Source of the DNA: Alphaproteobacteria bacterium
GTDB taxonomy: Bacteria > Pseudomonadota > Alphaproteobacteria > Caedimonadales > UBA9215
Assembly: GCA_024281375.1 (NCBI GenBank)
Contig: JAJSAD010000044.1
Span: 5,614-69,613, forward strand
Reading direction: 5' to 3'
Length of the DNA: 64,000 nt
The notes under the pieces were generated by a model. The model was not told the DNA's origin and did no database searches. It saw only the letters and a list, made by a program, of their open reading frames with translations. Positions 9,367-19,259 of the stretch are shown here, piece after piece. Positions within the stretch are counted from its first letter, which is position 1. Each line of letters starts with the position of its first letter. Position numbers and translations under genes: made by a program.

Positions 9367-10038
9367 ATGTTTAAAAATATAACCCTTTCTATTTTGATGA
9401 TTTTGATGTGTTCAGGCAAAGGGCAAGCGACATTTCTGACAACTGAGCAAATGGAAGAAGCAAACAATTTATTACGAACCCTCGATACATTAAGTATTGA
9501 AATGTTGAATATTGATCCCGATGTTCAACGTATTTTAATATTTGGTGACGTTCAAGATCCCTTTCACTTTAATCCAATTTCTCCTAATCCTCTCGAAGAA
9601 ATGAAACGGGATGGATCATATGCTTATCAAATGTTACAAGAAGAACGTTTTGAAGAAGCGGGAAAGTGGTATGAAAAGGCGTTATGTTGGACAGGCGATG
9701 TGCCCGCTTCTTATGGTTACAGTGCAGGATATGTTTTTTTAAAGTTGAGGAATTTCGAGAAGTCTGTTTATTTCTATGACCTCGCGTTCAGAAAAAATCC
9801 TATAAAAGTTGGAAGCGCCCTTACCAATGCGGGTATTGCCTTTTATAACGTGAAAAATTATAAAAAAGCGACCTCCTACTTTCATCAGGCTCTTGTCTTA
9901 AGAGAAAATCTGATCAGGAGAAATACCGCTTATAGAGACAATTTTTTAAAAGCTTTTGGTTTATATCAGGGAAAATCTTATTTAGAGGCCTCAACTCTCT
10001 TTATAAAGATTTTACTTTCTATGGGAGATGATAGCTAA
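9367..10038 (+). CDS. secreted TPR-repeat protein
   Basis: Signal MFKNITLSILMILMCSGKGQA. TPR units YQMLQEERFEEAGKWYEKAL, GYVFLKLRNFEKSVYFYDLAFRKNP and AGIAFYNVKNYKKATSYFHQAL. Confidence 0.65.
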   Translation: MFKNITLSILMILMCSGKGQATFLTTEQMEEANNLLRTLDTLSIEMLNIDPDVQRILIFGDVQDPFHFNPISPNPLEEMKRDGSYAYQMLQEERFEEAGKWYEKALCWTGDVPASYGYSAGYVFLKLRNFEKSVYFYDLAFRKNPIKVGSALTNAGIAFYNVKNYKKATSYFHQALVLRENLIRRNTAYRDNFLKAFGLYQGKSYLEASTLFIKILLSMGDDS

Positions 10039-10111
10039 AAAATGCCCTAGGAGGGCAGGTGAAAAAGCGTTATACTGTCTATAAAATAAGAATAAAGTAG
10101 ATGGGTTGCCC

Positions 10112-10495
10112 ATGGAACCTCTTGAAGGTCCCCTTAGTCTGATTAAGGAATATTTCCCTGTTTTAATGTTTTTGGTTGTGGCCGTTGCTTTGTCCTGTGT
10201 GATGATCCTTATTGGTTTTTTGCGAGGCCCCCATAAGCCTGATGTTGAAAAGCTCTCGGCTTATGAATGCGGGTTTGAGCCCTTTAGCGATGCCCGTATG
10301 AAGTTCGATGTGCGCTTTTATCTGGTTGCTATTCTCTTTATTATTTTCGATCTTGAAATCGCCTTTTTGTTTCCCTGGTCCATTACCTTAGGACAACAAG
10401 GGAATCTTGGGTTTTGGTCTATGATGATCTTCCTGGGAATTCTAACAGTTGGCTTTATTTATGAATGGAAAAAGGGAGCCTTAGAATGGGAATAA
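10112..10495 (+). CDS. nuoA: NADH-quinone oxidoreductase subunit A
   Basis: ND3/NuoA signature [10 protein letters not shown]...[14 protein letters not shown] 10112 is preferred over TTG 10106. Confidence 0.9.
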   Translation: MEPLEGPLSLIKEYFPVLMFLVVAVALSCVMILIGFLRGPHKPDVEKLSAYECGFEPFSDARMKFDVRFYLVAILFIIFDLEIAFLFPWSITLGQQGNLGFWSMMIFLGILTVGFIYEWKKGALEWE

Positions 10496-11094
10496 TCAGC
10501 CCTAATAAAAAGCTCCTTTCACAGGAAAATATCCGGCCTATTAAGGCCCATAATCCTTTTGATATTATGTCTAATAAACCCAAAGACATTTCTCCCGAGG
10601 ATGTTACCCAGCACTTGCAACAAGAAACCTCTGATAAAGGCTATATCCTGGCAAAGCTTGATGAGGTAGCGGCTTGGGCTCAGGCAGGGTCTTTGTGGCC
10701 CATGACTTTTGGTCTGGCGTGTTGCGCCGTTGAAATGATGCAAACAGCGGCCAGTCGCTATGACTTAGATCGTATTGGAACGGTGTTTCGACCCAGTCCG
10801 CGTCAATCAGATTTACTCATTGTTGCAGGGACGTTGACCAATAAAATGGCGCCTGCGTTTCGCAAAGTTTATGATCAAATGGCAGAGCCTCGTTATGTGC
10901 TTTCCATGGGTTCCTGTGCCAATGGCGGGGGATACTATCACTATTCCTATGCGGTCACCAGGGGCTGTGATCGCATTGTGCCTGTAGACGTTTATGTCCC
11001 AGGATGTCCGCCAACGGCTGAGGCTCTTTTATATGGCATTATGCTGTTGCAAAAGAAGATTCGCAGCCAAGGCACACGTATGATAACACGATAG
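10486..11094 (+). CDS. nuoB: NADH-quinone oxidoreductase subunit B
   Basis: [20 protein letters not shown] and VPGCPP Fe-S ligand motifs. There is a long N-terminal extension. The start is ATG 10486 or 10465. Confidence 0.9.
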   Translation: MGIISPNKKLLSQENIRPIKAHNPFDIMSNKPKDISPEDVTQHLQQETSDKGYILAKLDEVAAWAQAGSLWPMTFGLACCAVEMMQTAASRYDLDRIGTVFRPSPRQSDLLIVAGTLTNKMAPAFRKVYDQMAEPRYVLSMGSCANGGGYYHYSYAVTRGCDRIVPVDVYVPGCPPTAEALLYGIMLLQKKIRSQGTRMITR

Positions 11095-11117
11095 AAAAAC
11101 GGTAAAGATTTGAAAAA

Positions 11118-11750
11118 ATGGCAGAATCCTTAGAACAGGTTTATACAAAAATAAAAAAGCACTTTGGGGATGATGTTTTGCGCGTAAATCGCAAGGGGTT
11201 TGAGCTTTCTGTGACCGTTGAGCGTTTGAAAATTGCAGAGGTCTTAGCTTATTTAAGGGATCAAAAAGACCTCGCTTTTAAACAATTAACGGATATTTGT
11301 GGGGTTGATTATTTAGATCGCAAAGAGCGTTTTGAGGTAATCTATCATGTCCTTTCCTATAAATATAATTTACGTCTCCGTCTTAAAATACGGGCCACCG
11401 AGGAGGATTTTGTGCCGTCAATTTCTAAGGTTTTTAGTGCAGCCAATTGGTACGAGCGGGAGATTTGGGATATGTATGGTATCCGATTTGATGGCCATTC
11501 TGATTTGCGCCGCATCCTTACGGATTATGATTTCGATGGCCATCCTTTGCGTAAAGACTTCCCGCTTACGGGCTATGTAGAGCCCCGCTATGATGATGAG
11601 CAAAAACGCGTTGTGTATAATCCCGTAAAGCTTCCTCAAGAATTTAGAAATTTTGATTTCTTGAGTCCTTGGGAAGGCATGACTCCTGAGTTGATGGTTA
11701 CACTTCCAGGAGATGAAAAAGCAACCGCAGATGATAAAAAAACGGCCTAG
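11118..11750 (+). CDS. nuoC: NADH-quinone oxidoreductase subunit C
   Basis: 30-kDa subunit motifs ANWYEREIWDMYGIRFDGH and LRKDFPLTGY. Confidence 0.9.
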   Translation: MAESLEQVYTKIKKHFGDDVLRVNRKGFELSVTVERLKIAEVLAYLRDQKDLAFKQLTDICGVDYLDRKERFEVIYHVLSYKYNLRLRLKIRATEEDFVPSISKVFSAANWYEREIWDMYGIRFDGHSDLRRILTDYDFDGHPLRKDFPLTGYVEPRYDDEQKRVVYNPVKLPQEFRNFDFLSPWEGMTPELMVTLPGDEKATADDKKTA

Positions 11751-11759
11751 ATATATAAA

Positions 11760-12944
11760 ATGAGTGATCTTTCTAAAAGCGAGTCGACCTATCAATTAAA
11801 TTTCGGGCCTCAACATCCTGCGGCCCATGGCGTGTTGCGTCTTATTTTAGAGCTGGATGGCGAGGTGGTTGAGCGAGCTGATCCTCATATCGGATTTTTG
11901 CATCGAGGGACTGAAAAGCTCATCGAACATAAAACCTATATGCAAGCGGTCCCTTATTTTGATCGCTTGGATTATGTAGCTCCTATGTGTCAGGAACATG
12001 CTTTTGCCTTGGCCGTTGAAAAGCTTCTGGGCCTTGAGGTGCCGTTGCGGGCCCAATATATACGGGTACTCTTTTCTGAGATTTCAAGGCTGTTGAATCA
12101 TATCTTAAATCTGACGACCTATGCTCTTGATGTGGGGGCTATGACACCGCTGTTATGGGGGTTTGAAGAACGCGAAAAGCTTATGAGTTTTTACGAGCGC
12201 GTTTCAGGGGCGCGCATGCATGCGAACTACTTCAGGCCTGGGGGTGTGGCCCTGGATCTCCCCATTGGTTTGTTGGAGGATATCCATGCTTTCATAGAAT
12301 ATCACACCGTTTTTATTGATGATATGGAGCGTCTTTTAACGGACAATCGCATTTTTAAGCAACGCACCGTTGATATCGCTATTGTCTCGAAGGACCAAGC
12401 TTATGATTGGGGCTTTACGGGTCCTATGTTGCGTGCTTCTGGTGTGCCCTGGGACTTGCGCCGTTCCCAACCTTATGATGCGTATGACAAGATTGATTTT
12501 AAGGTGCCCACAGGAACCCATGGAGATTGTTATGATCGTTATCTCGTGCGGGTTGAAGAAATGCGCCAGAGCCTCAAAATTATGGATCAATGCTTGAAGG
12601 ATATGCCTGAGGGGCCGCACCGTACCAAAAGTGCAAAGGTTTCTCCGCCGTCACGCCATGATATGAAAAACTCTATGGAAGCGATGATTCATCATTTTAA
12701 GCTCTACACAGAAGGGTATCATGTGCCAGAAGGCGAGACTTACACAGCCGTTGAGGCCCCTAAGGGAGAATTCGGAGTGTACCTGATTTCCGATGGTTCT
12801 AATAAACCTTATCGATGTAAAATCAGAGCCCCCGGATTTGCCTTTTTACAAGGGATGGAGTTTATGGCAAAAGGGCATATGTTGGCGGATATTCCCGCGA
12901 TTATTGGCTCTATGGATATCGTCTTTGGAGAGGTTGATCGATGA
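11760..12944 (+). CDS. nuoD: NADH-quinone oxidoreductase subunit D
   Basis: 49-kDa subunit: [15 protein letters not shown] and the C-terminal GEVDR. Confidence 0.95.
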   Translation: MSDLSKSESTYQLNFGPQHPAAHGVLRLILELDGEVVERADPHIGFLHRGTEKLIEHKTYMQAVPYFDRLDYVAPMCQEHAFALAVEKLLGLEVPLRAQYIRVLFSEISRLLNHILNLTTYALDVGAMTPLLWGFEEREKLMSFYERVSGARMHANYFRPGGVALDLPIGLLEDIHAFIEYHTVFIDDMERLLTDNRIFKQRTVDIAIVSKDQAYDWGFTGPMLRASGVPWDLRRSQPYDAYDKIDFKVPTGTHGDCYDRYLVRVEEMRQSLKIMDQCLKDMPEGPHRTKSAKVSPPSRHDMKNSMEAMIHHFKLYTEGYHVPEGETYTAVEAPKGEFGVYLISDGSNKPYRCKIRAPGFAFLQGMEFMAKGHMLADIPAIIGSMDIVFGEVDR

Positions 12945-13531
12945 AACGCAATACGCTTTTAGCCCAAGAGGCTCCCTTTGTTTTTTCTGCTGAAAACCTC
13001 AAGAAACTCAAAGCTGTTCAGGCCAAATATCCCAAAGAACGACAAGCCAGTGCTGTGATGCCGGCCCTTGAGTTGGCTCAACGTCAAAATGGGGGGTGGA
13101 TTCCAAGAGAAGCCATTGAAACAATTGCAACGCTGCTTGCTATGCCCGCTATAAAAGTGTGGGAAGTGGCCAGTTTTTACACTATGTATAACCTGCAACC
13201 CATTGGGAAACATTTAATTCAAGTCTGTCGTACCACCAGTTGTTGGTTGCGCGGGGCCGATGATGTTTTGAAAGCCTGTAAAAAACACAGCGGGGCTGAT
13301 GTAGACAAAATTTCTGAGGATGGGTGTTTTTCTTTAATGGAAGTTGAATGTTTGGGAGCTTGTGTGAATGCGCCTATGGTTCAAATTAATGATGATTATT
13401 ACGAAGATTTAGACCCTGAGAAAGTGGAAAAAATTATAGAGGATTTGCGGGCCGGCAAGGATATCAAAGCGGGACCTCAGATCGATCGATTGAATTCTGC
13501 CCCCGTTGGTGGCTCTAAGACAGTGACATAA
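12941..13531 (+). CDS. nuoE: NADH-quinone oxidoreductase subunit E
   Basis: 24-kDa subunit with 2Fe-2S cysteines ([22 protein letters not shown]). The start overlaps the nuoD stop (ATGA). Confidence 0.9.
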   Translation: MKRNTLLAQEAPFVFSAENLKKLKAVQAKYPKERQASAVMPALELAQRQNGGWIPREAIETIATLLAMPAIKVWEVASFYTMYNLQPIGKHLIQVCRTTSCWLRGADDVLKACKKHSGADVDKISEDGCFSLMEVECLGACVNAPMVQINDDYYEDLDPEKVEKIIEDLRAGKDIKAGPQIDRLNSAPVGGSKTVT

Positions 13532-13548
13532 ATAGGTGAACAAGATAA

Positions 13549-14814
13549 ATGCTAGACAATAAAGATCGTATTTTTCAAAACTTATATGGCCAAAATTCTT
13601 GGAGCCTTGGGGCTGCCAAAAAGCGAGGGGACTGGAAAAATACTAAGGACTTTGTCAAAAAAGGGCGGGAATGGATCGTGAATGAAGTCCTCCTTTCTGG
13701 CCTTCGGGGTCGGGGAGGGGCTGGTTTCTCAACAGGTCGTAAATGGTCTTTCATGCCAAAGGAGGCACCACTCCCGTCTTATATAGTGATTAATGCCGAT
13801 GAAAGTGAACCGGGGACTTGCAAAGATCGTGATATTATTCGTCACGAACCCCATAAGATTATCGAGGGCGCTCTTTATGCCGGTGTGGCCATTGGGGCTC
13901 ATGCCGGCTATATCTATATTCGAGGGGAATTTTTTAGGGAAGCTGAGACTTTACAAGCCGCTATTGACGAGGCTTATAAGGATGGACTTCTTGGTAAAAA
14001 TGCCGCAGGTAGTGGCTATGATTTCGACCTTTATCTCCATCGTGGCGCCGGGGCTTATATTTGTGGAGAGGAATCTGCTTTGCTCCAAAGCCTTGAAGGT
14101 AAAAAGGGCATGCCCCGCTTAAAGCCTCCTTTTCCGGCGAACTGTGGTTTATATGGCTGTCCCACAACGGTTAATAATGTTGAAACCATTGCGGTTGTGC
14201 CCACGATTTTGCGCCGCGGAGGCACCTGGTTTGGCGGCTTTGGCCGTCCTGATAATACAGGGACAAAGGTTTTTTGTATTTCAGGGCATGTGAACACTCC
14301 TTGTAATGTGGAAGAAGAAATGGGGATCCCCATGAAAACCCTCATTGAAAAACATGCTGGAGGGGTGCGAGGCGGTTGGGATAACTTATTGGCGGTGATC
14401 CCCGGAGGCTCTTCAACCCCTATGGTGACTCAGGAAATTGCAAGCGATCTTCATATGGATTTTGAAAGCCTAAGTAGAGTCGGGACGGGCCTTGGAACCG
14501 CCTCGCTTATTGTGATGGATAAATCGACGGATATTGTTGAAGCGATTGTGCGCCTCTCGCACTTTTATATGCATGAAAGTTGTGGTCAATGCACCCCATG
14601 CCGCGAAGGAACCGGTTGGGTTTGGCGGCTTTTGAAGAAAATTGGGGATGGGGAGGGGGACCTTGCGGATATCGATAAATTGGAAGAGCTCACCTATCAA
14701 ATTGAGGGTCATACCATTTGTGCGCTAGGAGATGCAGCCGCTTGGCCTGTGCAAGGTTTATTGAAACACTTTAGACCAGAGTTAGAAAGACGCGTTCGCC
14801 TGGTGGCGGCATAG
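13549..14814 (+). CDS. nuoF: NADH-quinone oxidoreductase subunit F
   Basis: [16 protein letters not shown] site, the [13 protein letters not shown] motif and the [12 protein letters not shown] 4Fe-4S site. Confidence 0.95.
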   Translation: MLDNKDRIFQNLYGQNSWSLGAAKKRGDWKNTKDFVKKGREWIVNEVLLSGLRGRGGAGFSTGRKWSFMPKEAPLPSYIVINADESEPGTCKDRDIIRHEPHKIIEGALYAGVAIGAHAGYIYIRGEFFREAETLQAAIDEAYKDGLLGKNAAGSGYDFDLYLHRGAGAYICGEESALLQSLEGKKGMPRLKPPFPANCGLYGCPTTVNNVETIAVVPTILRRGGTWFGGFGRPDNTGTKVFCISGHVNTPCNVEEEMGIPMKTLIEKHAGGVRGGWDNLLAVIPGGSSTPMVTQEIASDLHMDFESLSRVGTGLGTASLIVMDKSTDIVEAIVRLSHFYMHESCGQCTPCREGTGWVWRLLKKIGDGEGDLADIDKLEELTYQIEGHTICALGDAAAWPVQGLLKHFRPELERRVRLVAA

Positions 14815-14842
14815 AAAATTAAAAAGAATATAGGTATCTTAA

Positions 14843-16933
14843 ATGCCAAAAATTACAATCGATGGACGGGAAATTGAGGTTGAGGCGGGCACAACGGTTT
14901 TGCAAGCTGCGCGTCAACTGAAAACGGAAATTCCTGTTTTTTGTTACCATGAGCGCCTAGATGTCGCGGGGAACTGCCGCATGTGCTTGGTGGAACAAGA
15001 AAATGCGCCAAAACCTATTGCGAGCTGTGCTATGCCGGTGATGGATGGCATGGTGATTCGTACCAACACGGAAAAAGTGCAAAAGGCCCGAGAAGGGGTG
15101 TTAGAATTTTTGCTGATGAACCACCCTTTGGATTGTCCTATTTGCGATCAGGGCGGGGAGTGTGATCTCCAAGACATTACAATGTCTTATGGCCGTGGGG
15201 AAAGCCGTTATGACTGCCATAAACGGGCTGTTCCTGAAAAATATATGGGGCCGTTGATTAAGACTTTTATGACCCGTTGTATTCATTGCACAAGATGCGT
15301 GCGCTTTGCAGATCGTGTGGGAGGCTCCCCAGAACTGGGGGGAGTTGCCCGTGGTGAAAATGCTGAAATCACGACTTATTTAGATGCGTCGATTAAGACA
15401 GAACTCGCCGGGAACTTGGTAGATGTCTGTCCCGTTGGCGCGTTAACATCGCGTCCGTATTCCTATCAAGGGCGTCCTTGGGAATTACGCCGCACGAACT
15501 CCATTGATGTGCATGATGCTGTGGGGAGTAATATTTCCGTGCAGACTTTTGGCATGAAAGTGCGACGGATTCTCCCTCGAGTGCACGAAGGTATTAATGA
15601 AGAATGGATTTCCGACAAAACGCGTCATGCCTGTGATGCCTTGGCTTTACAGCGTTTAGATCAGCCTTATATCAAAGAAAAAGGCAAGTTACGCCCTGCT
15701 ACTTTTGAGGAAGCTTTTTCAAAAATCGCCTCAAAGCTCAAAAAAATTGACGGCAAAAAGGTGGCGGCCCTTGCGGGTGATTTGGCGGACTGTGAATCTA
15801 TGTTGGCCCTTAAAGATTTGATGACTGGATTGGACTCACCCCATCTGGATTGTGTGATTGATAACGCTGCTTTGTCAACAAAAACGAGGGGACAGTATCT
15901 TTGCAATACACCTATTGCCGACCTTGAAAAAGTGGATTTCACGTTGATTATTGGGGCAAATATCCGAGCCGATGCCGCCATGGTTCACACGAGATTGCGC
16001 AAACGTTATCTTCAAGGGGGCTTTAAGGCTGCTTATGTTGGGGGCGCTCTTGATGTGGATCGTGACTTTACTTTTGCTTATGAAAACCTCGGGGATGATC
16101 CTGCTATTTTGGAAACTCTTTTAGCGGGAAAGCATAGTATTTCTAAAAAGCTTAAAGTGGCTAAAAATCCTATCATCATCGTGGGTTATGATGCGTTAAA
16201 ACGCTCCGATGGCAAGGCTATTCTGACAAAGGCCTCTGATATTGCACAGAAATATAAGGTCATCAAGGAAGGATGGAACGGCTTTAATGTGTTGCACAAG
16301 GCTGCATCGAGGGTAGGGGGGCTGGACCTCGGCTTTACGCCTCAGCGCGGTGGTTTTGATAAAATGAAAATCGAAAAAGCCTGTGAAAGCGGCGACATTG
16401 AGTTCCTTTATCTTCTGGGGGTTGATGACGAAATTTGTCCTACAAAAACCAAAAAGGCCTTCAAAGTTTACCAAGGTCATCACGGAGATGTGGGGGCACA
16501 TAATGCGGATGTTGTGTTACCAGGGGCTGCTTATACGGAAAAAAATGCAACTTATGTGAATCTTGAAGGACGTGTTCAGCAAACCTATTTAGCGTTGAAT
16601 TCACCGGGAGAAGCCAAAGAGGATTGGAAGATCTTACGGGCTTTGTCGGCTGTGTTGGAGGCTGCAAAAGTAGGTAAAACCTTACCTTATGAGACGTTGG
16701 AAGACGTGCGGGAGCATTTGATAAAAGTGAATCCTATTTTCAAAACATTGGACGAAATCGTCCCCGCAACGTGGGAACCTCTTGCCTCGAAGACAGCTCT
16801 CAAAAATACGAACTTTCCCCCCTCGCCCTTTGATTTTTATAGGACGAATGTGATTGCAAGGCAGTCGCCAACCATGGCAAAATGTGTGCAAGAACTCTGT
16901 CATCCTGAACCTATGGAGAAAGCCTGTGTTTGA
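14843..16933 (+). CDS. nuoG: NADH-quinone oxidoreductase subunit G
   Basis: 75-kDa subunit: [35 protein letters not shown] and [10 protein letters not shown]. Confidence 0.95.
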   Translation: MPKITIDGREIEVEAGTTVLQAARQLKTEIPVFCYHERLDVAGNCRMCLVEQENAPKPIASCAMPVMDGMVIRTNTEKVQKAREGVLEFLLMNHPLDCPICDQGGECDLQDITMSYGRGESRYDCHKRAVPEKYMGPLIKTFMTRCIHCTRCVRFADRVGGSPELGGVARGENAEITTYLDASIKTELAGNLVDVCPVGALTSRPYSYQGRPWELRRTNSIDVHDAVGSNISVQTFGMKVRRILPRVHEGINEEWISDKTRHACDALALQRLDQPYIKEKGKLRPATFEEAFSKIASKLKKIDGKKVAALAGDLADCESMLALKDLMTGLDSPHLDCVIDNAALSTKTRGQYLCNTPIADLEKVDFTLIIGANIRADAAMVHTRLRKRYLQGGFKAAYVGGALDVDRDFTFAYENLGDDPAILETLLAGKHSISKKLKVAKNPIIIVGYDALKRSDGKAILTKASDIAQKYKVIKEGWNGFNVLHKAASRVGGLDLGFTPQRGGFDKMKIEKACESGDIEFLYLLGVDDEICPTKTKKAFKVYQGHHGDVGAHNADVVLPGAAYTEKNATYVNLEGRVQQTYLALNSPGEAKEDWKILRALSAVLEAAKVGKTLPYETLEDVREHLIKVNPIFKTLDEIVPATWEPLASKTALKNTNFPPSPFDFYRTNVIARQSPTMAKCVQELCHPEPMEKACV

Positions 16934-16934
16934 T

Positions 16935-17948
16935 ATGATTCCAACCATTTGGATAGAAAATCTGCAATATGGGGCCGTGACCTTAGGTTATGTGTTGCTC
17001 ATTGTGCTGCCTCTTATTCTGTCCGTGGCCTATCTGACCTATGCAGAACGTAAAGTCATTGGCTACATGCAACTGCGTAAAGGTCCCAATACCGTTGGTC
17101 CTTTTGGGCTCCTGCAACCCATTGCTGATGCGGTTAAGTTGATGCATAAGGAAATTATTATCCCTAGCCGTGCCAACCCGATTCTCTTTTTGATGGCACC
17201 GGTTATTACCTTTACGCTCTCGCTCATTGCGTGGTCTGTGATTCCCTTTGGGGAAGGGGTGGTGCTCTCGAATATAAACGTGGGCATCTTGTTTTTGTTT
17301 GCGGTTTCTTCCTTGGAAGTTTATGGCGTCATCATTGCGGGGTGGTCCAGTAACTCAAAATACCCCTTCTTGGGCGCTATGCGTTCAGCGGCGCAAATGG
17401 TTTCTTACGAAGTTTCCATGGGCTTTATTATTGTAAGCGTTCTCCTGTGCGTTGGATCTTTAAATATCACGGACATTGTCATGGCTCAAAAAGGGTTCTG
17501 GTTCGCTATTCCGTTATTTCCCTTAATGATTATGTTCTTTATTTCGACCCTTGCGGAAACAAATCGGGCGCCCTTTGATTTGCCCGAAGCCGAGGCTGAA
17601 CTTGTATCAGGCTATAATGTTGAATATTCGTCCATGCCTTTTGCGCTCTTTTTCCTGGGCGAATACGCCAACATGATCTTGATGAGTGCCATGACAACCA
17701 TTCTCTTTCTGGGCGGTTGGTTGCCTCCCTTTGAAATAGCGCCTTTCACTTGGGTTCCGGGATTTGTGTGGTTTGCTTTAAAAATAGCCATGGTGCTCTT
17801 TTGCTTTTTATGGGTCAGAGCGTCGTTGCCGCGTTATCGTTATGATCAATTAATGCGCTTGGGCTGGAAAGTTTTCCTGCCCTTTTCGTTGGGATGGCTC
17901 GTTTTAACGGCAAGCTTTCTTTTTTACACAGATAATTTACCGACTTAA
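16935..17948 (+). CDS. nuoH: NADH-quinone oxidoreductase subunit H
   Basis: ND1 family ([42 protein letters not shown]). The start is moved to ATG 16935, directly after the nuoG stop. The track start 16854 overlaps nuoG by 80 nt. Confidence 0.9.
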   Translation: MIPTIWIENLQYGAVTLGYVLLIVLPLILSVAYLTYAERKVIGYMQLRKGPNTVGPFGLLQPIADAVKLMHKEIIIPSRANPILFLMAPVITFTLSLIAWSVIPFGEGVVLSNINVGILFLFAVSSLEVYGVIIAGWSSNSKYPFLGAMRSAAQMVSYEVSMGFIIVSVLLCVGSLNITDIVMAQKGFWFAIPLFPLMIMFFISTLAETNRAPFDLPEAEAELVSGYNVEYSSMPFALFFLGEYANMILMSAMTTILFLGGWLPPFEIAPFTWVPGFVWFALKIAMVLFCFLWVRASLPRYRYDQLMRLGWKVFLPFSLGWLVLTASFLFYTDNLPT

Positions 17949-17986
17949 AGGTCAAATGCAAGACCTGGCTAAAAGGATATAGACAG

Positions 17987-18478
17987 ATGACACGTTTTTT
18001 CTACCGCCTTAAATCATTTGCCTTGCTGGATATCATTGCGGGCATGAGCCTCACCCTGAAGTATTTTTTTAAACCAAAAGTCACCTTAAATTACCCCCAT
18101 GAAAAGGGGCCTTTGAGCCCGCGTTTTCGGGCCGAACATGCATTGCGGCGTTATCCAAATGGCGAGGAACGTTGCATTTCTTGCAAGCTTTGTGAGGCTG
18201 TTTGCCCCGCACAAGCCATTACCATTGAGGCTGCTCCCCGAAAAGAAGACGGGAGTCGTCGCACGGTGCGTTACGATATTGATATGACAAAATGCATCTA
18301 TTGTGGCCTTTGCCAGGAATCCTGTCCTGTAGACTCTATCGTTGAGGGTCCCAATTATGAGTTCTCAACCTTCACAAGAGAAGAGCTCTTTTATACAAAA
18401 GACAAACTTCTCGACAATGGCGATCGCTGGGAAGAACTCCTTGCCGAAAATATCAAACGCGAAGAGCGCTATCATTAA
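17987..18478 (+). CDS. nuoI: NADH-quinone oxidoreductase subunit I
   Basis: Two ferredoxin motifs, [12 protein letters not shown] and [12 protein letters not shown]. Confidence 0.95.
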   Translation: MTRFFYRLKSFALLDIIAGMSLTLKYFFKPKVTLNYPHEKGPLSPRFRAEHALRRYPNGEERCISCKLCEAVCPAQAITIEAAPRKEDGSRRTVRYDIDMTKCIYCGLCQESCPVDSIVEGPNYEFSTFTREELFYTKDKLLDNGDRWEELLAENIKREERYH

Positions 18479-18480
18479 CT

Positions 18481-18584
18481 GTAGCCATTTCCAAAAAGTC
18501 CCCAGACGTCGTTATTGCGCTCCTCACCTATAAAAGATAGACCTCGTCGCTGATGCCTAGACTGGAACCTTTTTGGAAAGACTG
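18481..18584 (+). repeat. palindromic MITE/RPE-like element, complete copy b
   Basis: GTAGCCATTTCCAAAAAGTCCCCAGACGTCGTT...GCCTAGACTGGAACCTTTTTGGAAAGACTG. Begins 2 nt after the nuoI stop and has the same arms as copy a. Confidence 0.85.
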
Positions 18585-18620
18585 TATTTTTTTTTAAAAG
18601 TTAACAGATTAACCATTCTG

Positions 18621-18636
18621 TTAACTTTTTGTTAAC
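18621..18636 (+). promoter_or_regulatory. CtrA-type box TTAA-N7-TTAAC inside a cluster of four TTAAC pentamers (18601-18636)
   Basis: TTAACTTTTTGTTAAC. Further TTAAC pentamers start at 18601 and 18609. GTTAACAG(18600-18607)/CTGTTAAC(18618-18625) also form an 8-bp inverted repeat. Confidence 0.35.
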
Positions 18637-18638
18637 CT

Positions 18639-18995
18639 TTGAGCGATACAAAGGAGAAAGAACAGGTAGGTCCCCGAAAAAACATGACTGACACCCCAGC
18701 AGGAAACAGGAAAAAGATTGCTATAGGTGAGAATGACGTCGCTCTCATCTTTAAAGAAGACGGTCATGTGGACTTATCCTTTCCGGAGATTTCGGATGAA
18801 CATGTTCCAGAGCATGTGATGGCAGCCTTGGCTCTTTCATATGCGGTGGTGGACGAAGAGTTTTTTGCGATTATACAGGATCGCTTTGCTCAGCAAGCTG
18901 CTATGACATTGGAAGAGGAAGCTCGGGAAAGAAATGCAGCAATAAAGAAAGAGGATGGATCGGTTACAACCCCTCATTTGAAAGTTGTTTCATAA
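18639..18995 (+). CDS. hypothetical acidic protein (orphan), bracketed by inverted repeat-element copies
   Basis: 118-aa ORF from TTG 18639. ATG 18684 (MTDTPAGNRKK...) is the more likely start. No recognisable domain. Confidence 0.4.
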   Translation: MSDTKEKEQVGPRKNMTDTPAGNRKKIAIGENDVALIFKEDGHVDLSFPEISDEHVPEHVMAALALSYAVVDEEFFAIIQDRFAQQAAMTLEEEARERNAAIKKEDGSVTTPHLKVVS

Positions 18996-19017
18996 AATAA
19001 TGTTTTTAATTGCACGC

Positions 19018-19081
19018 TAGTCTAGGAAAGAGTGCCGACGACGACCCCCTTGTAGTTTAGGAACGATTGACGACGTCTGAG
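19018..19081 (-). repeat. palindromic MITE/RPE-like element, core-only copy c (inverted orientation)
   Basis: The reverse complement reads CAGACGTCGTCAATCGTTCCTAAACTACAAGGGGGTCGTCGTCGGCACTCTTTCCTAGAC. This matches the core of copy a (CAGACGTCGTCAATCGTTCCTAGATTATAAGAGATAGTCGTCGTCCCCTCTTTCCTAGAC). Confidence 0.8.
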
Positions 19082-19259
19082 GTGCTAGTAAGAACATAGT
19101 ATAAGAATAAACGGCAGGTTACAGGGTACTTACTCAACCTCGAGGGTCTTTATTGAGACCTTACGGGGTTTATTTTTGGCTTTTTGAAATGTCTATAGAT
19201 AAATTCGTGGTATTATTAAAAAGTATATTTTTCTTAAGAAGAGCAGAGTTTAAGTAAGA

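Noticed and set aside
11418-11795. Antisense or alternative-frame ORFs inside housekeeping genes. Examples: 11418-11795 in nuoC, 15667-15981 in nuoG, 31728-32156 in gap, 37673-38050 in gyrA, 43222-43647 in groEL and 60691-61161 in ettA.
   Set aside because: All lie inside strongly supported genes on the other strand or frame and have no motifs. Such ORFs are common as artefacts inside long genes.
16854-16934. nuoH start overlapping nuoG by 80 nt.
   Set aside because: The extension has no ND1 similarity. ATG 16935 directly follows the nuoG stop and begins the conserved hydrophobic N-terminus.
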